Origin: the human T2T-CHM13v2.0 reference genome, Homo sapiens
Assembly (NCBI RefSeq): GCF_009914755.1
Contig: NC_060933.1
Strand: one strand, 5' to 3'
DNA: 64,000 nucleotides
Shown one piece after another: positions 1 through 21,732 of this stretch. A model generated the notes under the pieces. The model saw only the letters and a program-made list of their open reading frames with translations. It was not told the DNA's origin and searched no databases. A program made the translations under genes and the position numbers. Numbering within the stretch: position 1 is the first letter of the stretch; each line of letters starts with the position of its first letter.

Positions 1-685
1 CTCTGAGCCTCTATTTACATATACAAAATGGAGATTCTAACACCCTCCTCAAAGGGTTCTTGAAAGCATACTGTGCCCATGGTCTGTTAATGCCCCCCAC
101 ACAGTACCTATAATAATGATGATGCTTTTTAATGGGAGAAATTCAGAAATGCATGGCTCAGAGCTTGGTGTGAAAGCAGGGCTGTGAGTTCATCTGAGAG
201 GGGAATCTTGATGGGCAGCATCTCTCAGAACAGTCAGGAGCGAGTCCACACGCCAACTGCATGTTGTGATAAAGTCAGCTCCATGCCCTGCTCTATCCCA
301 GGAACACGGCTCTGACCAGACCAGCTGCACCTCCATTTGCACCCCACCCCACCTCCTTGCTCCACCCCTGCCTCACCCTGTCCCCAGCCTTGTCATAGTC
401 CTGCAGGTCAGCCCCAGCACCAACACAGTGCCAGCTTTCTAAACTGGCGTCACGAGTTTCTCTGGCCTCAGACTCCTTGGCCCAGAAACAAGTCCTTTGG
501 AGCTAAGATTCCCCAGTAATCCCCAGTTCTTCTCTGATGAACCCAGGATGTGCATGAGAAATCAGCCTCAGGGATGTAAACCTCATTTTTTGAGGGCAGT
601 TCTTTTAGCCACATAGAGCTCACCCTGCTGCAGTGACCTACACGGGCCCCTTGGTGTGATGATCAAATGATAGGATTCATCAACT

Positions 686-714
686 ATCACTTCTCAGCCT
701 TTTGGCTCAGATCA
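686..714 (+). pseudogene. 3'-truncated U2 snRNA retrocopy
   Basis: ATCACTTCTCAGCCTTTTGGCTCAGATCA matches the U2 5' end ATCGCTTCTCGGCCTTTTGGCTAAGATCA at 26/29; two of the three changes are CpG decay. Confidence 0.8.
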
Positions 715-748
715 TGCATAGGAACCACCAACCAATATGCGCTGAATG

Positions 749-1990
<1,242 letters not shown>

Positions 1991-2054
1991 GTCAAGCCAG
2001 GCCAGGCCAGACCCTGGGCTAAACCCCTTTTCAGGAGTCTCTTAGTTAAGCCCC

Positions 2055-2220
2055 ATGACAACCCAGTGAAGTTACTCTATTATTATCCCCATTTCACAGA
2101 TATGAAAACAGAGGCTCAGAAAGGTGAAGTAACTTGCCTAGTGTCACATAGCATAAGGTGGTGGAGTTGGGGTTCAAATCCAGGGAGCCAGGCTCTAGTG
2201 CCCTCTCTTTTAACCACTCT
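2055..2220 (-). mobile_element. MIR
   Basis: Core ATTATCCCCATTTCACAGATATGAAAACAGAGGCTCAGAAAGGTGAAGTAACTTGCC. Confidence 0.75.
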
Positions 2221-3106
2221 GTTGCTCTAGAAAACATGAAGTCTTCTGCATGGGTTAATTGCTGTGGGGCCAGCTCTTCCTTGGACCAGCTGGTGAGCAT
2301 CAGCTCAACTCTCCTAGCATTTCCAGGCACCTTCTGTGTGCGTGTTGTGGGGTGTCCTCACTCACAGCATCTTGTTTATTCCTCACAATGGTCAGTGCGG
2401 TGGCCTTAGTGTGGCTTTTTTAGCTGAGGAAACTGAGCTTTAGCAAAGGGGCATAGCTTGCCAGAGATCACTGGGCATGCCCAGAAGTCTTGGTGCCAGA
2501 TTTAAAATGCCTGCCTCCCAGGCCCAGCCCTTGGCATAGGGATGGTGCTGGGTGTAAGGAGGAAGAGTGCCTTATTATCCTAAAACCTCAGTGAGCTGGT
2601 GGGTCTTACAAGGAAATGCTTCCACGATACAATTCACGGGGAAGCAGGGGAAGTGCATGGAAGGTTGTCTCCAGTTTTGTTTTTCATTATAAGGGTCAGA
2701 GTAAACAGACACAAGAAAATAAGAGACAGGTCTCAGACTGAATACATGGCCCACTGTCGCTCCAGCCATCTCAAATGGAACGACCTGTTCTCTGAAGTAT
2801 ATCTTACAGTGCTTTCTCTCGAATCCCCTTTGGGAAATCTAAAGGCTGAATCCAGCCAGCTTTTCCATGCTGCCTGGTCTGGAAATCACTGCAAGGGTTT
2901 TTCCCAGAGAACCAAAGTAAGATAAATGAAAGATGCTACACAATTCTGAGAGGGCTCTGCCTCCATCCATAACTTCACCCTGAGCCCCAAGACTTGCCCC
3001 CTGCTCCTGCATTAACAACTTAAATCCTTCAGGAAAAACTCCAGGCTGCAGCTTGGCTGCAGCCCTGTGAGGTCCTACCAGGGGAGCAAAATAAAGCTGA
3101 ACTTAC

Positions 3107-3232
3107 AGTGAAGTCCCTGAGCCGGCATCCTTCTTCCAGGTCCACTGCTGGAGAGACAAGGACTTGGTCCTCTTCCAAAACTACTGAGGGGGCCACCGAG
3201 AGTTTAGGGCGATCCACCCGTGACCCCAGCAT
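3107..3232 (-). CDS. Putative 42-codon N-terminal extension or uORF (MLGSRVDRPK...LRDFT), spliced in phase 0
   Basis: gccATG at 3232 is open for exactly 126 nt up to the GTAAGT donor. Translation is unproven. Confidence 0.35.
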
Positions 3233-3325
3233 GGCAGAAGCAAATCATTTCACCATCTCACATACCTCCTGCCGCTTTCACCCCAGAGTAAAAGGCAAAA
3301 CAACAAAGTTCTTTTGAGCTCCCTT
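3107..3325 (-). pseudogene. GGTA1: GGTA1P internal 5' exon (219 nt; possible 60-nt short form 3266-3325)
   Basis: Strong acceptor CCTTCCCTTTCTCTGAGTCCTGCCTCCTTCTGCAG| (AG at 3327-3326) and donor ACT|GTAAGT (GT at 3106-3105). An internal alternative donor GAG|GTATGT has its GT at 3265-3264. Confidence 0.7.
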
Positions 3326-4061
3326 CTGCAGAAGGAGGCAGGACTCAGAGAAAGGGAAGGTGCTGGTTTCAACTCCTGTCGAAAGAATAAACAGCTGTTT
3401 CAGGAGATGGGGAGTAGACAGAGCCCTCAGCAGCCAGGGGCTTTGTTCCTTGCAGGCCTTTGGGAAACGAGCTGTTTATCAGGCCTGTTGACTCAGAGCT
3501 GTGTGCCAAGGCAGAAATGTTCCTCTCTGGATCCATGAGCGGCCCAGCCTCCTTGCCAAGCAAAACCATGGTCCAAACTGGGCCTAGTATGGGAGGAGGA
3601 AAGGCCACCACCCACCCTTGAGAGGGACACCAAGGGGGCCCACATCACACACTACTGGATAAAAATGGAAACCATTCTGGACCCAAACAACTTCAAGTGA
3701 CTGCTCCTAGGACCAGCCACCAGCCAATGGAGACGTTAAAACACACACACAAACACACACACACCACAGAGGAGTGGATAAAGGGCTATCTTGAGAGTCC
3801 TCAAGACTGGTGGAAATTCTACCTAAATGTTCCTCAAAGTTAAGTCCTTCCTCTACATCTTTTAGGCTTCAGAAGTCGCTGTTTGGTTTGAACACTACAT
3901 TTTTATAGAATGTTACGGGATCTCCCACAGCACAAAGCACACTACAAGAACTTTAAAAGGTCACCAAGGCTCAACTCCGCTCTTTGGCTGAATAATGCTT
4001 AACCCTTCCCATACCCACCTCCTGCTCCCAAAATAGAATCTTGCAGCTGGAAGGGACCTAG

Positions 4062-4395
<334 letters not shown>

Positions 4396-4912
4396 GGGCA
4401 GTAGATTTTCCAATGTCGAAACAGCTAAAACTTTTTCAAAAAGCAAACAAAATCATTCTCAGAATCCCCACGACCTGAAACAGAGCACACGGAGTCCTTT
4501 GGCTAAAGCAGGGAAATGATGCTCAAAGCCCCTTCCTCATCCTCCCACGTGGCTGAGACATCTCCAGGGAGTACAGTCTGGAAACCCCAGACTAAAGACA
4601 GGGGACCAAAGCCAGACAGGAAGGAATCAAGGACTGGCCCCCCGGTCGCTCAGTAGTGCCTAATCCAGCCTCTTCCTCCCGTTCCCCAGAAGGAAATTTC
4701 ACAGCTTCCGCCTCTTAAGGGGATGAGTTATTTGGCCACAACCTTTAGGGTCCAGAAGTCTTCCTAATACCTTGCTTAAATCCTTCCTGTGGCTAACTAT
4801 TTAAGCCAAACAGATGCCCACCTGCCTATCCTATTGTTCTGCTCCCAGTTCCACACCCAAACGAAAGTGTGTGGATGTTCACCAAGACACAGGCATTAGA
4901 ATATTCATAGTT

Positions 4913-7005
<2,093 letters not shown>

Positions 7006-8114
7006 ATAATTTTAAAAGCCATTCATGGACCTATGTATGGTCAGTGGGGAAGGGAAGGAAAATTGATTTCGAAACCTAAAGAGCTAGGATGAGATAAAGT
7101 GGTCCTCTCCATGAGCAAGCAGTGATCCCCGGTCTCATGTGCCTCCCACTTTACAGTTTACAGAGCAGCCTCTCTCTTTTATCTCAATGGATCATCACAA
7201 TCACCTGTGAAGTGGTAGGACAGGGCCCTTCACTATTTTCAAAGGTCAACATACAGAGGCTCTGAGAGTCTCAGTGACTCATTCGAGGTCACCAGCTGGG
7301 ACCTCTTTTCGTTGGAGCCAATGCTGTTCTTCCTACCCAGGCGCCTCCAGGGAACACTACTGATCAGATGAATAAGGCTCCTGGCTGGTCAGCCACAGCT
7401 TGGCAGAGAGTGTGCAAACCTGGAAGGCAGACAATTCAATTTCTAGAAAATTCAAACACGGCCCTCCTCCTTCCCTGACACACTTTCATCCTCAAACTCT
7501 CAAAACAAAGGAGCACACATTTAGGGTCATTCCTTAATTGAAAGCCAGAGAACCGTAGCAAATGAGCCTCGGGCTGGAGTCCTGCTGATCAAAGCTGTCC
7601 AGAGGCTGCCCAGGTAAGAGCTTGGTACCGTGTCCAGCCCCGAGTTGATTAATCTCATCATTACAGCCCGAACAGCCCATGGATCTATCAGATAACAGCC
7701 AGCATTCAGTATCTGTCCATCTTCCACATCCTGAGTTGGAGAATTATAGGGCCTCACTGTTGTAGAGGCAGCTGCAGACCAAATGTAAAGAGCCCTGGCT
7801 TCATGTCCCAGGTCACTTCCTGCTGGGAAACTTGAAGGTCACGATCTCCAACCTGCTTACCTCTGTGGAGGTGTGAGGATTAAGTGTTCTTGGCAAAGAA
7901 TGCTACAGACACAAAGGTTGCAAGTTGTTGCTATTCATTTAATCCTAAACATGTTTAGAGAGGTAGAAAAAGTCCTACTTGACGATGCTTGCAAATAAGA
8001 GAGCAATTTGGTTGGCTTCCTGATCTGTGTAAAGGGGATAATCATAATCCCCACCTCTCAGGGTGGTTGAGGGGCTGCAGAACGTGGTGGTTATGAGCAT
8101 AGACTTGGGCTCAT

Positions 8115-8302
8115 TGTGCCTATTGGGTGCAATGTTCACTATTTGGGTGACGGATACACTAAAAGCCCAGACCTCACCACTATGCAGTATATCCATGTAA
8201 CAAAACTGCATTTGTACCCACTGAATCTATTAAAAAATTGTAAAAAGGGTTAAAATAGTAAATTTCATGTTATGTATATTTTATGACAATTAAAAAAAGA
8301 AA
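8115..8302 (+). mobile_element. L1M 3' end fragments
   Basis: CCTATTGGGTGCAATGTTCACTATTTGGGTGA..AAAAGCCCAGACCTCACCACTATGCAGTATATCCATGTAACAAAACTGCA and ..TTCATGTTATGTATATTTTA..A-tail. Confidence 0.75.
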
Positions 8303-8399
8303 ACATTCTGGCCAGAACTAGATTCACATGGCAACAGTGGTGAACACCAGGCAAGGAGATTGTGGGAGAGTCATCTGTTTTTCTCTTCTACCTCTGCAT

Positions 8400-8600
8400 T
8401 TTTCTTTTTTTTTTGAGATGGAGTCTCGCTCTGTCGCCCAGGCTGAAGTAGCTGGGATTACAGGTGCCCACTACCATGCCCAGCTAATTTTTGTATTTTT
8501 AGTAGAGACGGGGTTTCACCATGTTGGTCAGGCTGGTCTCGAACTCCTGACCTCAGGTGATCCACCTGCCTCAGCCTCCCAAAGTACTGGGATTATAGGT
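8400..8600 (-). mobile_element. Internally deleted Alu
   Basis: The CCCAGGCTG|AAGTAGCTGGG junction skips much of the right arm. Confidence 0.85.
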
Positions 8601-11333
8601 CCCGCCGCTGTCTACATTTTTCAAATGTTCTACAATGAGAACATATTACTTTTGTAACCAGACAGAAAGTTATTTAAGTAAATAAATCTGGTGGTTCTCT
8701 GACACTGACAGTCTGAAATAATTCATTGTTGCTATTATGTAAATGTGAGCGATACTTTCCTTATTTAATACAAGGAACTAAGTTCAAGGATGCCAACTGA
8801 AGTACACACCAAGCTGCTCAGTCAAAATAAATGACACGCAGAGTGATCCTCCTCTCTAAGACTAGCTGTTCTTGTCTATATTTAAGGCAACTTAAAACAA
8901 AACCAGAACCAAAATAAACCCTCTAATGAGCCTCCCCAGAAGCCGTCTGGCTTGGAAAAGCTCAAACACAAACTAAAGAGAAACAGAGAGCTACAGAAAA
9001 GCAAGGAACAGCCAGTGTTTCTCCAGGACATTAACTCACTGCCCCTGGGAAAGTGACTCTGTCTGTGAATTTCTGTTCCTTCTGCTTCTGGAAAATAGTC
9101 CGGTGTAGAATGGAATTTGGAATCTGGAAGAGGCTCATGATTTGTATTCATTGCAAATCCATTTTCCCACCCCAGATAAATGCTGAACAAATCTTAAAAG
9201 AATACGAGTTCGAAGGGCAGCCAACGGGTCTGCCTGCCAGGGTGTCCTTGGTCCCAGGCCACATGGGCCTACCTTCTCTGGCTCCCTTGCCCTCTGCTCA
9301 GTGCTGGCTACAAGGCAGGCAGACAGAATGGAGCCTCCAGGAAAACCGTGAGGAGCTGGGACAATCCCCCGAGAGTCCCCCACCCCACTGGCTATGTGAC
9401 AGAGTCCCCAGGCAGCCTCCTTCAGAACTTCAGTATCCCGTCCTAACTAGTGAACGAACAGGATTTTGCAAGGTTGTTGTGAAGGTTAAGTGTTGTCACG
9501 TGTAAAGTGTCTAGCATTATATTCCTTTGAAATACGTGTCTTCCTGAGTTGATGGGATAGAGGGAGTTGCCAAAATGTAGTCAGTGCTGAGTGGATGGCG
9601 GTGTATAGGAAAGCAGTGGGGTGAAGACAAGGTTCCCCAAACCTGGGACTCAGGCCGGGCTCTGGAGAAAAATGGGAGACAACCAGCAGCCCACTCCCGC
9701 TCAGTGCTAGCATCCACGCTGATTAGCACACACAAAGACCTTTGGTGGATGTCTGTATGGGATCAGCAGAGCAGGGCCTTGGGCTTTATTTTACACATGA
9801 AGATACAGAGGCTCAAAGAAGGAGGGAAGTGGGGAAGGTCCCCTCCCCTCTGCACCCACATACACCCACTTCCTCAGATCACATCTGTGGAACATGGGGA
9901 AGTGGACTGAGGAACAGCTTGGGTTTCTGCTAGCTCACCCATTCTAAGATTATATAATCTCAAAACAACAACACCACCACCACCAAAAACCCATTTGTGA
10001 TTCCTGCGCACACCATGAACTAGGATAGATTCTTGCATTCTCTAGGCCTCGGTTTCCACATCCACAAAACAAAGGTTTAGGTGGAAACTTCTAGGCTCTT
10101 TTCCCCTCTGATAATTGTATTCCAGTAAGGAAGGCTCTGCTTCCATGCCCTTTGCCCTTCACCTAAAACTCCACTTGAGTCCAGGCTCACAAACAGGAAA
10201 TGTGACAGAGGCTGATGAGTGGCCCATTTCTCTGCTGCAAGGGCTATCTGACAGGAGAACAGTGTTTTTGAACTTTACAGCTGAAGCCAGAACTCCATGC
10301 CCCAAGACCTTTCTCAGTGTGGGAGGAGGACACTGTTGCTATCTGGCTGGACCACCTACACCACGCCCACGTGGGTCTATTCGTAGGAGGTCCGCAGTGC
10401 ACAATGAACAGGTTCCCAGTCTCAGGAGGTCCCCTGGTGATTGGGGATGGTGGACCCCAGGTGGTGTGCAGAGAGCACTAAGACAGCAGTCAGGACTCCT
10501 GGGCTCCAGTCTGGACCCAGTGAGCCTAGGGAAGGCCCCACAACCCTCTGGGCCAGGGTTTCCCATCTGTTGGGTGAGGGGGCTGCACAGGGGGCTGGCT
10601 CCCTGCTCTCTGTGAGGTTGTTTTGTGCGGGTGGCACGCTGCTGTGATGAAGGGCACCATCTCATTGCCTGTGTCTCAGTCCCAAGTCTCTCCCATACCA
10701 TGTGGCCCTACAAATGTCTTAATCTTTTTGTGCCTCAGTTTCCTCCCTTGTAAAACTAGAAAGATAACAATCCCTACCACCTGGCTTTTCTAGCTGCATA
10801 AAAGGCAGGGCTTTTATAAAGTGGCTAGAATATGTCCAGCATGAGTAAAAACAAATGGCCAGTACACATGAGCTATAATTGTCTCATTATTTGTTTAATC
10901 TGGTGTCTGGATGACTTTCCTTTCCCGGTTTGCCCATCTGCAGAAGAGGTGAGCAGAACTCAGGTACCCCTATTTGCTCTTCGGACCAGGTCCACACCAC
11001 ACGTCTCAGAAAACGAATCTGAAGACCAGCCTGAGCCACCCACAGCCAGGAAAGAAAACTCTGGGGGAAGAGACAGGAAATCCTCGATGCTGCCCCAAAG
11101 CAGATGGATTTGGGGGTTGGCTCTTGCCCCAGGTTGTCGGGCACACAGAGAAGGCCACCAGCTGCACCCAGATTCACTAGCAAAGGAAGAGTCCTCAGCC
11201 CATTCCCAGTTTGCCCCAGAGGGGACGACTTTTCAGAGAGGACAGCAGTGAGATGCAGGAGAAGATGTTTGTCCTGGGTTGATCTCTGTTCCCACCTCTG
11301 CCCCTGAGCCTCACGAGTTAAAGATGAGGCTCA

Positions 11334-13011
<1,678 letters not shown>

Positions 13012-13058
13012 TTAGGGATGACCTCTTTGTGCTGACCTCTTTCTGGGATCCCCCAAGC

Positions 13059-13750
<692 letters not shown>

Positions 13751-14378
13751 CCAGCAGGCGTTCTGTGTTTGTGGGAAGCTGCATTCTTCGGGTGGCAGGG
13801 AAGAGTATGGTGGTGAAGCCCAACTCTCCTGGGGATGTGTGTGTGTTTGTTGGGGGTGGGGTGGGGTTGCCCCCAGTCACAGGAGTGTGAACTTTCTTCT
13901 TCCTCTGCTAAGCCTTCCTTAGTGAAGGAAGTCTGGGATCTCTAAGAAGCTCTGTCTGCTCCTGCAAAAGAACTACTTTCTTTAACAGTAGGTATCAAGG
14001 GTCTGTAAGATGGTGACTCATTCACGTATTTGATTATTTTTGGTAAATCAAATCCCCGTTTCAGTATACTGAGGAGGCAAACATTTAAAGGAACTTGCGA
14101 AGAATTTCTATGTATCAATGTGTGTGGTTACTGCTGAATTTCTCTAGATTTTCTTGCGTTGGTTCTCTTTCCCTCGAGGACATAACTGCTGTGGTAACAG
14201 CTGGGTGGAATTACTAGTACTTCTACTAATAATAATGATAACAGCACAGCCATTCAATAGTACCGCATGCCAGGCAATAGACACTTAGCTCTAAAAACCA
14301 ACCTATTTTACACAGGTGGATTTTGAGTTTCACTAAAGTGCTCAATGTCAGGCTGCTGTTCTGAAAGCTCCCCAGAAA

Positions 14379-14420
14379 GTCTATGGCCATACCACTCTGA
14401 ATGCACCCGATCTCATCTGA
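14379..14420 (+). pseudogene. 5S rRNA 5' fragment (tailless retropseudogene)
   Basis: GTCTATGGCCATACCACTCTGAATGCACCCGATCTCATCTGA matches 5S nt 1-42 at 37/42, with four CpG-decay changes; flanked by direct repeats. Confidence 0.9.
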
Positions 14421-15070
14421 AACCTCCCCAGAAGGCTTTTGCCCTCCCTCAGCTGTGGCCCTGTGACCCTCCTTAGGCCAGCAGAATTCTGTGGCACTAC
14501 AAGGTTCCCCATCTCTGGTGGCATCAGTGGTCTTGTGGCTGCCCAGTTTAGCATCAGCAACCCCTCACTCACCACCAGAGCACAACGGGCCGGATCCTCC
14601 CCAAGTCCATTCACTTACACCTGGAATGCAGGACTGACCTAGGCCTGGCCAGTTAGTGGCTCTGCAACCTAAGGAAGCCGCATGGAGGCAGGTGCTAGAG
14701 CAACGTTACTCACAGCAGCAAGAGCTAGAATTAGCTCCTATACAAGACCTTGTGTTTATTGCCTGGCCTTTACTGGTTCTGGCCAGCTTTGTTTTCTAGC
14801 CTTCTGAAAGATGTTGTCAGCAACAAAACATCCCTTCCAAGACAGGTGTCTTCTGCCTCAGTGAGCTGAAATCTCCCTCTGTTGCATACAACCGTGACCT
14901 CTGGCCTATATGCCTTCTCATTTGCTACTCAATGTAGCTGCCCCAAACATTTTCTGAGCACTTCCTATGTTGAATTTTCATGCCCTGGAATGAATTCCTA
15001 AGCACTTGATTAAATGTGCACATAGAAATATTAATTATCCCTTTCTCTGCATGGCTCTGGTGAATATAGG

Positions 15071-15132
15071 CAGACAGAGTTTGCTACATCAAACACCAAT
15101 ATCAGACAGAGTTTGCTACATCAAACACCAAT
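15071..15132. repeat. Perfect 30-nt tandem duplication
   Basis: CAGACAGAGTTTGCTACATCAAACACCAAT at 15071-15100 and 15103-15132. Confidence 0.95.
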
Positions 15133-15638
15133 CTATAAGCAGCCAGAGATTTAGGCAACCACAAGCAAACCCCGGCCCAGTCCTTGCTCTCGGGGAGCCA
15201 GGCCTCCTTAAAAGCTACCCCACTCCTAATTTTGAAAGTGTCTTGGCTTTTCCCACAGATGCCAGGAGAATTCCTCCAGAGGACAGCTGGCCTGCCACTT
15301 GAGGACTCATGGTTTCCCTGGGGCAGGAGAAGGTCAGGCAGCTGCTTCTCTGCTCACAGATGTTGCCAGCCCCAACATCACCCTTCGCCCTAGGCTTGCT
15401 CCTTTCTCTGTGCCCCTCCAGCCACCAGGGCTGTCTAGATTCCAGAACAGCTGGAGGAAGAGCAGGACGATTGATTCTCCTTGCTTCTTCCCTCTGCCTG
15501 AAACTCTCTACCCGGTTCCCCCTATAACTCCTGAAGGGCTCAGTGGAAAGGTCATTTCCCCTGGCCACCTCCCTGGCCAGGATCAGGCCCCTGTTATACA
15601 CGCTCTGCACTTCTTTGTGGCTGTCACTGTGCAATTAG

Positions 15639-18095
<2,457 letters not shown>

Positions 18096-18557
18096 GCTAG
18101 GCTCACTCTCTCTGGAATCTCCTCCTCCATCTCAGACCACTCACTCTCTGAGTTAGACCCATGCTTTTCCCTGCCATTCATATCTGTCAGCCACACAGGG
18201 TTTCAGAGAGGAACCCCAGGAAGCACGTGCACACCCCCAAAGTCTCTTGTGGATGTCTGTGTGGGGTTGCCCTGTGGCACAAAATTTGAACAGAAGGCAA
18301 TGGGTCTCCACCCCACTGCCATCACTGCCTCTGCCTCCTGAGACTCTGTTTGGCAATGAAAACTGGCATAATGGCTGCTAAAGCCCAAGCCTTGGAAACT
18401 CTCATGGCCGGGTCTGATTGCACGTGACAGAGGTCTGTGGTCTCCTCGCCACATTTGGACAAGCTGAGCCAATCAGCTCTTTGGCTGGAGATTTAGACAG
18501 CAGATATTCACTTCTTCTTTTTAGAACTGAAAGGACTTTTAGAAGTAATTCTGGGTT

Positions 18558-18895
18558 GCCAGGCATGGTGGCTCACACCTACCATCCCAGCTACTCAGGG
18601 GGCTGAGGTGGGAGGATCACTTGAGCCCAGGAGTTCTGGGCTGCAGTGTACTATGCAGATAGATCAGGTGTCTGCACTAAGTTTGGCATCAATATGGTGA
18701 TCTCCTGGGAGTGGGGAACCACCAGGTTGCCTAAGGAGGGGTAAACTGACTTAGGTTGGAAATGGAGCAGGATAAAACTCCCGTGCTGATTGGTAATGAG
18801 ATCACATCTGTGAATAGCCACTGTACCCCAGCCTGGGCAACAAAGCAAGACTTCATCTTTTACAAATAAAGGAAGAAAGAAAGAAAAGAAAGAAA
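18558..18895 (+). pseudogene. Full-length 7SL (SRP) RNA processed pseudogene (probably RN7SL187P, recalled)
   Basis: Alu-domain 5' end, then the S-domain GGTGTCTGCACTAAGTTTGGCATCAATATGGTGA..ACCACCAGGTTGCCTAAGGAGGGGT..GGTTGGAAATGGAGCAGG..AAAACTCCCGTGCTGAT..GTGAATAGCCACTG, an A-rich tail and a CTGGGTT direct repeat. Confidence 0.92.
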
Positions 18896-18905
18896 CCTGG
18901 GTTGA

Positions 18906-21245
<2,340 letters not shown>

Positions 21246-21614
21246 ATAAGTTTTACATATCCAACCTAAAATAAAAGGAAAGTACAGGGCAAAGAGTACA
21301 TTCATTTCAGATAAAATTATATTTATGAGTTTATACCTCTATTAATGTCCAGTCCCCTACTGAAAGCTGCCCCCTCCTTCGGTTGTTCTCCCCTCACCTC
21401 TGCCCCGTCTCCATGACATTTGTCCATTAGCCATTTTTTAGCCATCATGAGAGGTGATGTAATGGAAAAAGCACCAACCTTAGAGCCAGAACTGCATTCA
21501 AATCCTAGCTTCCATTTAGTTGCTGAGTGCCCATATGTTTCTTGGTCTCTCTCAGCCTTCCTTTCCTCAACTAGAAAATGGGTTAGCCTGAGGGGCTGCT
21601 CAGCCCACAGCCCC

Positions 21615-21732
21615 TCAGGCTCCAGTCTTAGAAGGCTGGACGAAGGCAGGGACGGGCGCAGAATGGGGACAGAGACTGAGTCCGTTCTGACATAGAAGTA
21701 GCAACAAGAACAAAAGCAGGGACACAGGCAGG
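21615..21732 (+). repeat. Diverged direct copy of 23433-23558
   Basis: Manual alignment gives 15 mismatches in 118 nt plus one 8-nt gap; the last 29 nt are identical. Confidence 0.9.

Noticed and set aside
14610-14720. Minus-strand donor-like motifs (GTAAGT near 14617, GTGAGT near 14712) as extra GGTA1P exons
   Set aside because: I could not pair them with a convincing acceptor or recognise the sequence.
15071-15132. CRISPR-like 30-nt direct repeat
   Set aside because: Only two copies with a 2-nt gap, no spacers and no cas genes, in primate DNA.
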